64,000 bases of DNA. Source: Eledone cirrhosa (taxonomy: Eukaryota). The translations under genes and the position numbers were made by a program. This document shows, one piece after another, positions 24,741 through 40,296 of the stretch (position 1 is the stretch's first letter; each line of letters starts with the position of its first letter). Where the stretch lies: the NCBI GenBank assembly GCA_964016885.1, contig OZ024745.1:98704001-98768000 (forward strand), read 5' to 3'. Below the pieces are notes generated by a model. The model had not been told where the DNA came from. It searched no databases and worked only from the letters and a program-made list of their open reading frames with translations.

Positions 24741-26249
24741 TTTGTGTGAGTGTATATGGGTTTGTGTGTGTTTATTTAGAAAGATACATAGACAAAAGAA
24801 TTACAGAAAAAAATTATTATTATATGCACACACTTCTATGTGTTGACTAAAGAGGGACGGTGAAAAACTATAGAAGTCCAGCGTTCTAAAATTTGTCACA
24901 GCTGTGTGTTTGTGTGCTTGTATCACTTGTATGAGTGACCAACCAACAAACTTTTTTTTTATATTATGTATAGATATTACAATTAGCTCTAATTTTGGCC
25001 AGATAGTCTATATATTATAACAATTTCACAACCATTTTGTCCGTCTGTCACACTGGCAAAAATATTTTCATTTATACCAGAAATCAGTTTTCAATCAATT
25101 GTGTTATTTACCTGTCTTCCACTCTCTATTTGTGTGTGTGTATGTGTGTGTATATATAATGTACATTATATACATACACACACATATATATGTATGTAAG
25201 TATGTATGTGTGTGTGTGTATTTATATATATGTATGTGTGTATGTGTGTATGTATATATATATATATATGTATGTATTTATGAATGTATGCATCATCATC
25301 ATCATCATCTTCACCTTGCGGGATGAAAAATAAATCATGTCAAAGGGCTAAGGAACTCAAGAGAGTCAACGGCCATCCAATAATATTTTTTGTGGAGCGA
25401 GAGACTCCTAGTCTCCATTAAGACATCTCTCGAGGAGAAGGTCACTCTGATATAAAACCTGTGACTTTGTTTACATTCAATGATGTGGACCAATTCTTCT
25501 TTTTGGGAAAATGCATTCGATATTCAGAGAGTGGGATTGGCTTGATATGTGACATTTTTTGTGATGCATCGTGTTGCTGGCCATAGGCAGGTCCCTAGCA
25601 AGACTAGGAAGCCATATCCATGATGCTCGTGCTTAAGTATCAAGCGACGGCATGACTTGAAATCGAGTTGCAGCCATCATGTATCATTATCATCACCATT
25701 TAATCTCCATTTTTCCACGCTGGCATGGGTTAACCGAGTTATCCTGTTATGAGCAATGCCAGGTCAGGTGACCATGTCTTGCTCATACAGAACTGATTTG
25801 GGCTTGGTTTCTACAGCTGGATGCCCTTCCTAGGGCCAACCTCATTTACAGTGAGTGCTGGGTGCTTTTTTGCCGTGACACCTCCACGACCACTTTGCAG
25901 TGTGGGCAGGACGTTTTTTTGTCATGTCGCCTTCATGACCACTTTACAGTGTGGGCTGGAGGCTTCACTGGATGAATACTACAGTTTGTCCTCATAGGAG
26001 TTGTATGGGAGTGGGTGAGGAGGGGTGGAGCATAATATATATATATATATATATGCCTCAGCTTCGGCCTGTGCCTGTGGGAAGTCGAGTGTTCTGTATT
26101 ATTGCGTAGTGCCAGAGACCTCGGTCTTGTGTCATCGCCTTTGAGAGATACAATTGGGCAAGAAATTTGAAGAGAAGGCGAAAGTTGATTAAATTGGCCC
26201 CAGTGTGTTACAGGTACAATTACTACTACTACTACTAATAATAATAATA

Positions 26250-27050
26250 ATAATTGTTTCTACTTTTGGCACAAGGCCAGCAATTATCCCAGTGTATTGC
26301 TGGTACTTTATTTTATCGACCCTGTAAGGATGAAAGGCAAAGTTAACCTCGGCGGGATTTGAATTCAGACCATAAAGGGCCGTAACTCTTTGCTGCAAAG
26401 CATGGCATCCGACCCTCTACTGATACTGCCAATCCACCGCCCTATTTTTTTTGTACTTTATTTTATTGACCCCGTAAGGATGAAAGGCAAAATTAACCTC
26501 GGCGGGATTTGAACTCAGTCTGTAAAGGGACGTAACTATGCTGGAATACCAATACTGTCAATACACCGCCCTACTACTACTACTACTACTACTAATAATA
26601 ATAACAATGGTTTCTTATATAGGCACAAGGCCAGCAATTTTGGGGGAGGGGAAAGTCGATTAAATCGACCCCAGTGCATTACTGGTGCATTATTTTATCG
26701 ACCCCGTAAGGATGAAAGGCAAAGTTAACCTCGGCGGGATTTGAACACAGACCATAAAGGGCCGTAACTCTTTGCTGCAAAGCATGGCGTCCGACCCTCT
26801 ACCGATACTGCCAATCCACCACCCTTATAATAATAATTGTTTCTACTTTAGGCACAAATAATTGTATCTGCATTTTGCACAAGGCCAACAATTTGAAGGG
26901 AAGGGGTAAAGTCGATTAAATTGACCCCAGTGTATTACTGTAAAGATGAAAGGCAAAGCTAACCTCTGCAGGATTTGAACTCAGAACGTAAAGGGCAGTA
27001 ACTATATACCACAAAGCATGTTATTCAACGCTCTACCGATTCTGCCAATC
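26250..27050 (-). mobile_element. Cluster of four same-orientation family A SINEs
   Basis: aaggatgaaaggcaaagttaacctcggcgggatttgaa (with small variants) recurs four times, separated by (taa)n/(cta)n tails. Confidence 0.85.
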
Positions 27051-28787
27051 CATAATAATAATAATAATAATAAGGGAGCTAACCTGAATGGCTGAGACGA
27101 GTTCCTCTTTGATGAAGTGGGACAGGTTTATCTTCTTCTCCAGGCTCTCCAGACTGACAGCAGGGGGCGCCATCGTTGACGATGCTCCAGATTGGTCTGG
27201 TCGTGGGGCACGAACACCATGATGAGAAGGCAGAGCTGTAGGGGCTTAGCTTGAAGTAGGGTGGCAAGTCTGATCTGAGCCTCCATTATCATCATGTGGG
27301 CCCTTGAGAGGCAACACAATAAGAGCCCGTTGGTATAAAAAAAAAAAGCCTCTCCTTTCAGTCTGTTCTGTAAGGTCAGAGATCAATGATCCTGTGACCC
27401 CACATAGACAGAAATGTAAGGCCTTGTTCCCTGGCTGGACATCCAAGGATGACCTCTCCAGATGGCATTTGTAGAAGCTCAAGATGGAAATATTATCGAC
27501 ATCAGAATGTGGTTGTGCCCCTTTACTCAAGATGGCCTTAAGCCAGTCACTCAATATATCATCATCATCGTTTTATGTTCATTCTTCCACGCTAGCATGG
27601 GTTAGATGGGTTGTCCTGTTGTAGGCAATGCCAGGTCAGATGACCATGTCTTGCTCATACAGAACTGATTTTGGCATGGTTTCTACAGCTGGATGCCCTT
27701 CCTAACACCAACCTCATTTACAGTGAGTACTGGGTGCTTTTTTACCCTGGTGCCTACACGACCACTTTACAGTGTGGACGGGTGCTTTTTTTGTCATGAT
27801 GTATTTGTGTGTGTGTATATATATATATATATGTATGTATGTATATCTGTGTATGTATGTATGAATATATGTATGTATGTATATATATATATATATGTGC
27901 GTATGTATGTATATGTGTATGTATGCATTCTGCCCTTTGGGGCGGAACTTAGGAGAGTCAACGGCCTTTATGTATGTATGTATATATGATATGTATGTGT
28001 ATGCATGTATGTATATGTGTATGCGTGTATATGTATGTGTGTGTATGTGTGTATGTATGTGTGTATATATGTATGTATCTGTTAGACACGCTGTGTTTTA
28101 AGTCTGCGTGTCTAACATATATGCGTAGCTTGTGAATAAAAAATTCAAGGGGTATCACTGGCCGTGGTGATCCCTGCCAAAATGTTTTGTAATGTATCGT
28201 CTTATTGGCTAATTTCATCGTCTTATTGGCTATTCAACCAACGAGAGTAATTGTTGCTCAAAAGCATCCGACATTTTGTTTGCACGTTTATTTATCGTTT
28301 CGCTTTCAAATCTTCCTCCTGTATTTCGTCGTTTATCATCAAAATATTTTTCTCGTTTTGGTAAGTTATATTGTTAATTTATATATGATTTATTGAATTT
28401 ATATTAACTATTTTTTTTTCAGTTTGTTATAACATGCCTATAATATTGGTTGTATCATATTTCCTTGTATTGTTGTTCATATTATTGTTCGTTTTATGTT
28501 AGATTATTTTTTTATTATTATGTTAGACTATTTGTATGGAATATTTAATTTTTATTAATTCAACTATAACAATTATTATGAAAAATATATTTATTTAATA
28601 TTGATTGTTTTTGTAGTTGTTTATATTAAAAGTCTGAAAATATTTTTATACATCTTACAATAATATTTATAAGATCATTTATAAAATAACAATTATATAA
28701 TCTAATTACATTACAACGATAATTTATTATTAATATATATCATGTTTAACTAGAGTTATTACAAGCGTTGCCTTAAAAAAATATTAA

Positions 28788-29226
28788 ACTAGACCTGAAA
28801 AATGTGCAAGCTCAAAAGAACCACAGAATGTTATAATAAACCTTCAAGACTAGAGTTGTTGCTCAAAAATATTGTAATCATTATCTATCGTACACTCTGT
28901 GGCATCCTTTTATAAAAAAGAGACTCATAACGAACTCAAGACGACACAATAATTATTTAAGTGAATTTATAATATAGAATTCGGTTTAAGTGCATTTCGT
29001 ATTAATCATTACTAAACATCTAATATGAGATATTGAACATTAGCTTAAATAATTATCATGTCGTCTTGAGTTCATTATGAGTCTCTTTTTTTATAAAAGG
29101 ATGTCACAGAGTGTACGATAGATAATGATTACAATATTTTTGAGCAACGACTCTAGTCCCACACTTTTGAAGGTTTATTATAACATTCTGTGGCTCTTTT
29201 GAGCTTGCGCATTTTTCAGGTCTAGT
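28788..29226. mobile_element. Fold-back element, ~175-bp inverted arms
   Basis: ~28788-28961 is inverted at ~29044-29226. No intact hammerhead core is visible. Confidence 0.75.
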
Positions 29227-30232
29227 ATATAGATTTCTCTGTCATAACTCTGCATCTGTTGACATTGGTGAATTGGCAGTATCAGTAGAGGGTCGGACAT
29301 GCTTTCCAGCATAGTTACGTCCCTTTACGATCTGAGTTCAAATCCCGCCGAGGTTGACTTTGCCTTTCATCCTTACGGGGTCGATAAAATAAAGTACCAG
29401 TAATGCACTGGGTAATTGCTGGCCTTGTGCCTAAAGTAGAAACAATTATTATGAAATAAAATATTTTCCTACAAGCTACTATTATAGCGTTGATTTGATG
29501 GTCGTGTTGGTAGTTGATTGTGTTGTGGTGTTGATTCCTTTGCTGCGTGTGTGCTCACTTGTAGCTTGCTGTGCTAAAGTGTGACCAGAGGTTGCATGTG
29601 TGCAGGTAAGTGAGTAAGTGTTCAATAAAATGATGATATTCCTTGATCATGCAGAAAATGAATATATACAAATAAACCACGATGACACCAAACTGTTATA
29701 TTATTAATTTATTGAAAATAGCTGATGCTGAAGCTATACGAAAAATACACAGGAATTATGGACGTTATTTGTTTGTAAAAGTAGATTTAAATTGTATTTA
29801 CCAAGAAAACTTCATGATCTTCACAAGCTTGGTTGAGAGAGGGACTAAGAGATAGAGAGCGCATAAAAGAGAGAGAATAAGAGAAAATAAGAGTTTGTAA
29901 GACCCCAAGATGTCTGTAGGAACAAATGTTTACATGTTTACTCTATCAATAATCACTCCAAACTACTGCTTGGCCTGATCTAAGGCAGACTATTTATCTA
30001 TGTCACCTCCTCTGCCTTTAAGACTTGAGAACAAAGGGCTGACCTTTCGAGGTTGTCTAATCACAGACCTGTTGACACCACGAAAGGAGATAACTCAGAA
30101 AATGACCGTTAAATGTGACCCAGGGGTCAACGTGTGGACATATTTCGCTATACTATCCCCTCTATTTACACAATAGCTGATATACAATATCATATCCATA
30201 TTTCCTGGTCTTATTTTTTTTTTAAATGCCAG

Positions 30233-30299
30233 ATTGTTGATAAAGAACTACCGCGAAAAGAAGAAATGGAGATGATGGAAGTTGAAGAGGAAGAAGATG
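30233..30299 (+). CDS. NME8: NME8-like coding exon 5 (acidic linker)
   Basis: atgccag|IVDKELPRKEEMEMMEVEEEED+G|GTAAGA. Phase 0-1 fits both neighbours. Confidence 0.85.
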
Positions 30300-30459
30300 G
30301 TAAGAATGTCCTGTTCTAACATTTTATAAGTTTTTATTGTATTTTTTGCTTTTTGGGGTGGCTGCGGTTCAGTTGGGGTGGGGTGATTGGGGTTTTGGGT
30401 TGGAAATGAGAATAGTTTGGTGGTTGAGTGTAGTATTACCAAGAGAGAGGGAAAAAATG

Positions 30460-30600
30460 AGGAAGACAAACAGTGAATTGCAGAGCATGATGGGAATAGA
30501 GCAACTGATGAATGTTGTTAAAAGAAACAGAATGAGATGGTTAGGTCATGTGTTGAGGAAGGATGAAAGTGACTGGATAAGAGGACTGCAACAGATAGTG
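30460..30600 (+). mobile_element. RTE C-terminal fragment abutting the satellite
   Basis: RKTNSELQSMMGIEQLMNVVKRNRMRWLGHVLRKDESDW. Confidence 0.8.
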
Positions 30601-33600
30601 TTACAGTGTATGTTACTGTACAGTATATGTTACATTACGGTATATGTTACAGTACAGTGTATGTTACAGTATATGTTACAGTACAGTGTATGTTACAGTA
30701 TAGTATATGTTACAGTACAGTGTATGTTACAGTACAGTGTATGTTACTGTACAGTATATGTTACAGTACGGTATATGTTACAGTACAGGGTATGTTACAG
30801 TACAGTGTATGTTACAGTAAAGTATATGTTACAGTACGGTATATGTTACAGTACAGTGTATGTTACACTATATATTACAGTACAGCATATGTTACAGTAT
30901 ATATTACAGTACAGTGTATGTTACAGTACAGTATATGTTACAGTAAAGTGTATGTTACAGTACAGTGTAAGTTACAGTATATGTTACAGTACAGAATATG
31001 TTACAGTACAGTGTATCTTACAGTACAGTATATGTTACAGTACAGTGTATATTACAGTATAGTGTACGTTACAGTATATGTTACAGTAGAGTATATGTTA
31101 CAGTAAAGTGTATGTTACAGTATATGTTACGGTATAAGGTATGCTGCATTATATGTTACAGTACAGTGTATGTTACAGTTCAGTGTATATTACAGTGTAG
31201 TGTATGTTAAGGTATATGTTACAGTACAGGATATGTTAAGGTATATGTTACAGTACAGTATATGTTACAGTATAGTGTATGTTACAGTATACATTACAGT
31301 ACAGCATACGTTACAGTACAGTATAGGTTACAGTACAGTATATGTTACAGTACGGTGTATGTTACAGTACAGTATAAGTTACAGTATAGTATATGTTACA
31401 TTACAGTATGTTACAGTACAATGTATGTTACAGTATATGTTACAGTACAGTGTTTGTTAGAGTACAGTATATGTTAGAGTACACTATATGTTACAGTACA
31501 GTGTATGTTACAGTATATGTTACATTAAAGTGTATGTTACAGTACAGTGTATGTTACAGTATATATTACAGTATAGTGTATGTTACAATACAGTGTATTT
31601 TACTGTACATAATATGTTACAGTACAGTATATGTTACAGTACAGTATATGTTACAGTACAGTATATGTTACAGTAAGAGTATGTTACAGTATATCGTTCA
31701 GTACAGTGTAAGTTACAATATATGTTACAGTACAGTATGTGTTACAGTTCGGTGTATGTTACAGTACAGTGTATTATACAGTACAGTATATGTTACAGTA
31801 CAATATATGTTACAGTACAGTATATGGTACAGTACAGTGTATTGTACAGTACAGTATATGTTACAGTACAGTGTATATTACAGTATATGTTACAGTACAG
31901 TATACGTTACAGTACAGTGTATGTTACAGTAAATGTTACAGTACAATTTATGTTACAGTACAGTATATGTTACAGTACAGCGTATGTTACAGTATATGTT
32001 AAAGTACAGTGTATGTTACAGTATAGTATATGTTACAGTACAGTGTATGTTACAGTACAGTGTATGTTACAGTGCAGTATATGTTACAGTACAGTATATA
32101 TTACAGTATAGTGTATGTTACAGTACAGTGTATGTTACAGTATATGTTACAGTACAGTATATGTTACAGTACAGTGTATGTTACAGTACAATACATGTTA
32201 CAGTACAGTGTATGTTACATTATATGTTACGGTTTAGTGTATGTTGCAGTATGTTTTACAGTACAGTTTATGTTACAGTACAGTATGTTACAGTACAGTG
32301 TATGTTACAGTGTGTTACAGTACACTGTATGTTACAGTACAATGTATGTTGCAGTATATGTTACAGTACAGTATATGTTATAGTACAGTATGCTACAATA
32401 CAGTATATGTTACAGTAAGTGTATGTTACAGTATATGGTACAGTACAGTGTATTGTATAGTACAGTGTATGTTACAGTACAGTGTATGTTACAGTATAGT
32501 GTATATTATAGTATATGTTACAGTACAGTATATGTTACAGAACAGTGTATGTTACAGTACAGTATATGTTACAGTACAGTATATGTTACAGTACAGTGTA
32601 TGTTACAGTGTAATATATGTTACAGTACAGTGTATGATACTGTATATGTTACTCTACAGTGGTTGTTACAGCCCAGTGTAAGGTTACAGTACAGTGTATG
32701 TTACAGTAGGTATATGTTACAGTACAGTGTATGTTACAGTATATGTTACAGGACAGTGTATGTTACAGTATAGTATATCTTACAGTACAGTGCTTGTTAC
32801 AGTACAGTGTATTTTACAGTACAGTAGTACAGTGCATGTTACAGTACAGCGTATGTTAAAGTATATGTTACAGTACAGTGTATGTTACAGTATATGTTAC
32901 GGTATAGTGTATGTTGCAGTATATGTTACAGTACAATGTATGTTACAGTCCAGTGTATGTTACAGTCCAGTGTATGTTACAGTGTATGTTACAGTGTATG
33001 TTACAGTACAGTGTATGTTACTGTATATGTAACAGTACAGTAGATGTTACAGTACAGTGTATGTTACAGTATATGTTACAGTACAGTATATGTTAGAGTA
33101 TATGTTACAGTTAAGTGTATTTTACAGTACAGTATATGTTACAGTACAGTGTATGTTACAGTATATGTGACAGTATAGTATATGCTACAGTACAGTGTAA
33201 GTTACAATATATGTTACAGTACAGTATATGTTACAGTGCAGTATATGTTAAGTACAGTATATGTTACAGTACAGTGTATGTTACAGTACAGTATATGTTA
33301 CAGTACACAATATGTTACAGTACAGTGTATATTACAGTTTATGTTACAGTACAGTGTATGTTACAGTATATGTTACAGTACAATATATGTTACAGTGCAG
33401 TATATGTTACAGTACAGTATATGTTATAGCACAGTGTATGTTATAGTACACTATATGTTACAGTAAATATTACAGTACAGTGTATGTTACAGTATATGTT
33501 ACAATACAGTGTATGTTACAGTACAGTATATATTACAGTACAGTGTATGTTACAGTACAGGATATGTTATAGTACAGTATATGTTACAGTACAGTATGTT

Positions 33601-34687
33601 ACAGTACAGTATATTACAGTACAGTATGTTACAGTACAGTGTTTGTGACAGTATTTTACAGTACAGTGTATGTTACAGTAAAATGTATGTTACCGTATAT
33701 ATTACAGTACACTATATGTTACAGTACACTATATGTTACTGTAAAGTGTATGTTACAGTACAGTGTATGTTACATTATATGTTACGGTATAGTGTATGTT
33801 GCAGTATATGTTACAGTACAGTGTATGTTACAGTATCCGTTACAGTACAGTGTAAGTTACAGTACAGTGTATGTTACAGTATGTTACAGTACAATGTATG
33901 TTGCAGTATATGTTACTGTACAGTATGTTACAGTACAGTATGTTCCAGTAGAGTATATGTTTCAGTACAGTATATGTTATAGTACAGTATATGTTACAGT
34001 AGAGTATATGTTACAGTACAATGTATGTTACAGTACAGTATATGTTACAGTAAGTGTATGTTATAGTATATGGTACAGTACAGTGTATCGTATTAGACAG
34101 TGTATGTTACAGTACAGTGTATATTACAGTATATGTTACAGTACAGTATATGTTACAGAACAATGTATGTTACAGTACAATGTATGTTACAGTACAGTAT
34201 ATGTTTCAGTACAGTATATGTTACAGCACAGTGTATGTTACAGTGTAATATATGTTACAGTACAGTGTATGTTAGAGTACAATGTATGTTACAGTATATG
34301 TTACAGTACAGTGAATGTTATAGTACAGTATATGTTTCAGTACAGTGTATGTTACAGTATAGTATATGTTACTGTACAGTGGTTGTTACAGCACAGTATA
34401 TGTTACAGCACAGTTTATGTTACAGTACCGTGTATGTTACAGTACAGTATATGTTACAGTACAGTGTAAGGTTATAGTACAGTGTATGTTACAGTAGGTA
34501 TATGTTACATTACAGTGTATGTTACAGTATATGTTACAGTACAGTGCATGTTACAGTATAGTATATGTTACAGTACAGTGCATGTTACAGTACAGTGCAT
34601 GTTACAGTACAGTGTATGTTACAGTACTGTGTATGTTACAGTATATATTACAGTACAATATATGATACAGTACAGTGTATGTTATGT

Positions 34688-35110
34688 ATGTCTTCTTGGG
34701 ACGACCAGCGTTTCTTGCTCCATGAGATGGACTCCATAACAACACACCACCTGCTATTTCTTCCTTGCTGCGCCAACAGTGGCCCACAAATCTGAGTCTC
34801 TGTCCAGGTATTGACCTGCTGATAGGTGGTATATTGCCATAGAGATCCTTATTTGTTGGGTGTTTCCTTCAAGACACGTTTAAAGCAGCGCGAAGCATAC
34901 GTGTGTATGCCCCGTCTAGCCTTTTCTCCAGTTTCAACGTTAGCATCCAAGTGACAGACCCATAAACAAGCACAGATTCCACAGCAACTCTGAAGAAATT
35001 GAGGACGATACTGGATGCACTGCGGAAGAACTGGCAAACGCTATGAGAGACAGAGATGGATGGATGAAACGTGTCGTAGAAAGCCGACAAACTCGACCTG
35101 ATGGTGGTTG
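34688..35110 (-). mobile_element. RTE-like LINE fragment inside the satellite
   Basis: FFRVAVESVLVYGSVTWMLT..LEKRLDGAYTRMLRAALNVS and GHCWRSKEE...VLLWSPSHG.R..GRP. A partial duplicate lies at ~38618-38726. Confidence 0.85.
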
Positions 35111-38100
35111 TGTAAGTTACAGTATATGTTACAGTACAGTAGATGTTACAGTACAGTGTATGTTACAGTACAGTATATGTTACAGTACAGTATATGTTAC
35201 AGTAAAGTGTATGTTACAGTAGAGTGTAGGTTACAGTATATTACAATATAGTGTATGTTACAGTACAGTGTATGTTACAGTACAGTATATGTTACAGTAC
35301 AGTATATGTTACAGTACAATGTATATTACAGTATAGTATATGTTACAGTACAGTAGATGTTACAGTACAGTGTATGTTACAGTACAGTGTATGTTACAGT
35401 ACAGTGTATGTTACAGTACAGTGTATGTTACAGTACAGTGTATGTTACAGTACAGTATATGTTACAGTACAGTGTATGTTACAGTACAGTATATGTTACA
35501 GTACAGTGTATGTTACAGTACAGTGTATGTTACAGTACAGTGTATGTTACAGTACAGTATATGTTACAGTACAGTATATGTTACAGTACAGTGTATGTTA
35601 CAGTATATATTACAATATAGTGTATGTTACAGTACAGTGTATGTTACAGTACAGTATATATTACAGTACAGTGTATATTACAGTATAGTGTATCTTACAG
35701 TACAGTATATGTTACAGTATAGTGTATGTTACAGTACAGTATATGTTACAGTACAGTGTATGTTACAGTATATATTACAATATAGTGTATGTTACAGTAC
35801 AGTGTATGTTACAGTACAGTGTATATTACAGTACAGTGTATATTACAGTATAGTGTATCTTACAGTACAGTATATGTTACAGTATAGTGTATGTTACAGT
35901 ACAGTATATGTTACAGTACAGTATAGGTTACAGTACAGTATATGTTGCAGTACAGTGTATGTTACAGTACATTATATGTTACAGTACAGTATGTTACAGT
36001 ACAGTGTATGTTACAGTACAGTATATGTTACAGTATAGTGTATATTACAGTATAGTGTATATTGAGGTATATGTTACAGTATACGTTACAGTACAGTATC
36101 TGTTACAGTACAGTGTATGTTACAGTGTAATATATGTTACAGTACAGTGTATGTTAGAGTACAATGTATGATACACTATATGTTACAGTACAGTGAATTT
36201 TACAGTACAGTATATGTTACAGTACAGTGTATGTTACAGTATAGTATATGTTACTCTACAGTGGTTGTTACAGCCCAGTGTAAGGTTACAGTACAGTGTA
36301 TGTTACAGTACAGTGTATGTTACAGTATATGTTACTGTACAGTGTATGTTACAATATAGTATATGTTACAGTGCATGTTACAGTACAGTGTATTTTACAG
36401 TACAGTAGTACAGTGCATGTTAGAGTACAGCGTATGTTACAGTATATGTTACAGTACAGTGTATGTTACAGTATATGTTACGGTATAGTGTATGTTACAG
36501 TACAGTGTATGTTACAGTACATGTTACAGTACAATGTATGTTACAGTATATGTTACAGTTCAGTGTATGTTACAGTACAGTATGTTACAGTATACTATAT
36601 GTTACAGTAGAGTATATGTTACAGTACAGTGTATGTTACTGTATATGTAACAGTACAGTAGATGTTACAGTACAGTGTAAGTTACAGTATATGTTACAGT
36701 ACAGTATATGTTACAGTACAGTGTATGTTACAGTATATATTACAGTATAGTGTATGTTACAGTACACTGTATGTTACAGTACAGAAAATGTTACAGTACA
36801 ATGTATGTTTCAGTACAGTATATGTTACCGTACCATATGTCACAGTACAGTGTCTGTTACAATATATGTTACAGTACAGTATATGTTAGAGTATATGTTA
36901 CAGTTAAGTGTATTTTACAGTACAGTATATGTTAGAGTATATGTTACAGTTAAGTGTATTTTACAGTACAGTATATGTTACAGTACAGTGTATGTTACAG
37001 TATATGTGACAGTATAGTATATGCTACAGTACAGTGTAAGTTACAATATATGTTGCAGTACAGTATATGTTACAGTGCAGTGTATGTTACAGTACAGTAT
37101 ATGTTACAGTACAGTGTATGTTACAGTACAGTGTATGTTACAGTACAGTGTATGTTACACTACAGTGTATGTTAGAGTACAGTATATGTTAGAGTACACA
37201 ATATGTTACAGTACAGTGTATATTACAGTTTATGTTACAGTACAGTATATGTTACAGTACAGTGTATGTTACTGTATATGTTACAGTACAATATATGTTA
37301 CAGTACAGTATATGTTACAGTACAGTATATGTTATAGCACAGTATATGTTATAGTACACTATATGTTACAGTAAATATTAAAGTACAGTGTATGTTATAG
37401 TATATGTTACAATACAGTGTATGTTACAGTACATTATATATTACAGTACAGTGTATATTACAGTACAGGATATTACAGTACAGTATGTTACAGTACAGTT
37501 TTTGTGACAGTATTTTATAGTACAGTGTATGTTACAGTAAAATGTATGTTACCGTATATATTACAGTACACTATATGTTACAGTACACTATATGTTACAG
37601 TACACTATATGTTACTGTAAAGTGTATGTTACAGTACAGTACATGTTACAGTACAGTCTATGTTACATTATATGTTACGGTATAGTGTATGTTGCAGTAC
37701 AGTGTATGTTACAGTATCCGTTACAGTACAGTATATGTTACAGTACAGTGTAAGTTACAGTACAGTATGTTACAGTACAGTGTATGTTACAGTATGTTAC
37801 AGTACAGTGTAAGTTACAGTATATGTTACAGTACAATGTATGTTGCAGTATATGTTACTGTACAGTATTTTCCAGTAGAGTATATGTTTCAGTACAGTAT
37901 ATGTTATAGTACAGTATATGTTACAGTAGAGTATATGTTACAGTACAATGTATGTTACAGTACAGTATATGTTACAGTAAGTGTATGTTATAGTATATGG
38001 TACAGTACAGTGTATCGTATAGTACAGTGTATGTTACAGTGTATGTTACAGTACAGTGTATATTACAGTATATGTTACAGTACAATATATGTTACAGAAC

Positions 38101-40296
38101 AATGTATGTTACAGTACAGTATATGTTTCAGTACAGTATATGTTACAGCACAGTGTATGTTACAGTGTAATATATGTTCCAGTACAGTGTATGTTAGAGT
38201 ACAATGTATGTTACAGCATATGTTACATTGCAGTGAATGTTATAGTACAGTATATGTTTCAGTACAGTGTATGTTACAATATAGTATATGTTACTGTACA
38301 GTGGTTGTTACAGCACAGTATATTTTACAGCACAGTTTATGTTACAGTACCATGTATGTTACAGTACAGTATATGTTACAGTACAGTGTAAGGTTATAGT
38401 ACAGTGTATGTTACAGTAGGTATATGTTACATTACAGTGTATGTTACAGTATATGTTACAGTACAGTGTATGTTACAGTATAGTATATGTTACAGTACAG
38501 TGTATGTTACAGTACAGTGTATGTTACAGTACAGTAGTACAGTGCATGTTACAGTACTGTGTATGTTACAGTATATATTACAGTACAATATATGATACAG
38601 TACAGTGTATGTTATGTATGTCTTCTTGGGACGACCAGCGTTTCTTGATCCATGAGATGGACTCCATAACAACACACCACCTGCTATTTCTTCCTTGCTG
38701 CGCCAACAGTGGCCCACAAATCTGAGTACAGAAAATGTTACAGTACAGTGTATGTTAGAGTACAGTATGTTACAGTACAGAGTATGTTACAGTACAGTGT
38801 ATGTTACAGTATATGTTACAGTACAATGTATGTTACTGTATATGTTACAGTACAGTATATGTTACAGTATACGTTACAGTACAGTATAGGTTACAGTACA
38901 GAAAATGCTACAGTACAGTGTATGTTAGAGTACAGTATGTTACAGTACAGAGTATGTTACACTACAGTATATGTTACAGTATATGTTACCGTACAATGTA
39001 TGTTACAGTATATGTTACAGTACAGAACATGTTACAGTATATATTACAGTACAGTATATGTTACAGTATATGTTACAGTACAGTGTATGTTACAGTACAG
39101 TATATGTTACAGTACAGTGTATGTTAGTACAGTGTATGTTACAGCTCAGTGTATGTTACATTACAGTATATGTTACAGTACAGTGTATGTTACAGTACAG
39201 TATATTGTATATTATAGTATATGTTACAGTACAGGTATGTTACAGTTTATATTACAGTACAGTATATGTTAAAGTACAGTGTGTGTTACAGTACAGTATA
39301 TGTTACAGTACAGTATATGTAACAATACAGTGTATGTTACAGTACAGTATATGTTACAGTACAGTGTATATTACAGTACAGTGTATAATACAGTACAGTG
39401 TATATTACAGTACAGCGTATGTTACAGTACAGTGTATGTTACATAACAGTATATGTTACACTACAGTGTATTTTACAGTATATGTTACAGTACAGTATAT
39501 GTTACAGTACAGTTTATGTTACACCACAGTGTATGTTACAGTACAATGTATGTTACAGTATATGTTACACTAAGTGTATGTTACAGTATATGATACAGTA
39601 CAGTGTATGTTACAGTTCAGTGTATTTTACAGTACAGTATACGTTTAAGTTACAATATATGCTACAGTAAAGTGTATGTTACAGTACAGTGTATGTTACA
39701 GTACAGTGTATGTTACACTACAGTGTATGTTACAGTATATGTGGCAGTATAGTATATGCTACAGTACAGTGTAAGTTACAATATATGTTACCGTACAGTA
39801 TATGTTACAGTGCAGTATATGTTACAGTACAGTATATGTTACAGTATAGTGTATATTACAGTACAGTGTATAATACAGTACAGTATATATTACAGTACAG
39901 TGTATGTTGCAGTACAGTGTATGTTACATAACAGTATATGTTACAGTACAGTGTATTTTACAGTATATGTTACAGTACAGTGTATGTTACAGTACAGTAT
40001 ATGTTACAGTACAGTATATGTTACAATACAGTATAGTTTACAGTACAGTTTATGTTACATTACAGTATATAGTTATAGTACAGTATATGTTACAGTACAG
40101 TGTATATTACAGTACAGTATATGTTACAGTACAGTGTATATTACAGTACAGTATATGTTACAGTACAGTATATGTTTCACTGTACTGTAACATATACTGT
40201 ACTGTAACATACACAGTACTGCAACATACACTGTACTGTAGCATATACTGTACTGTAACATACACAGTAATGTAATATACACTGTACTGTAACATA

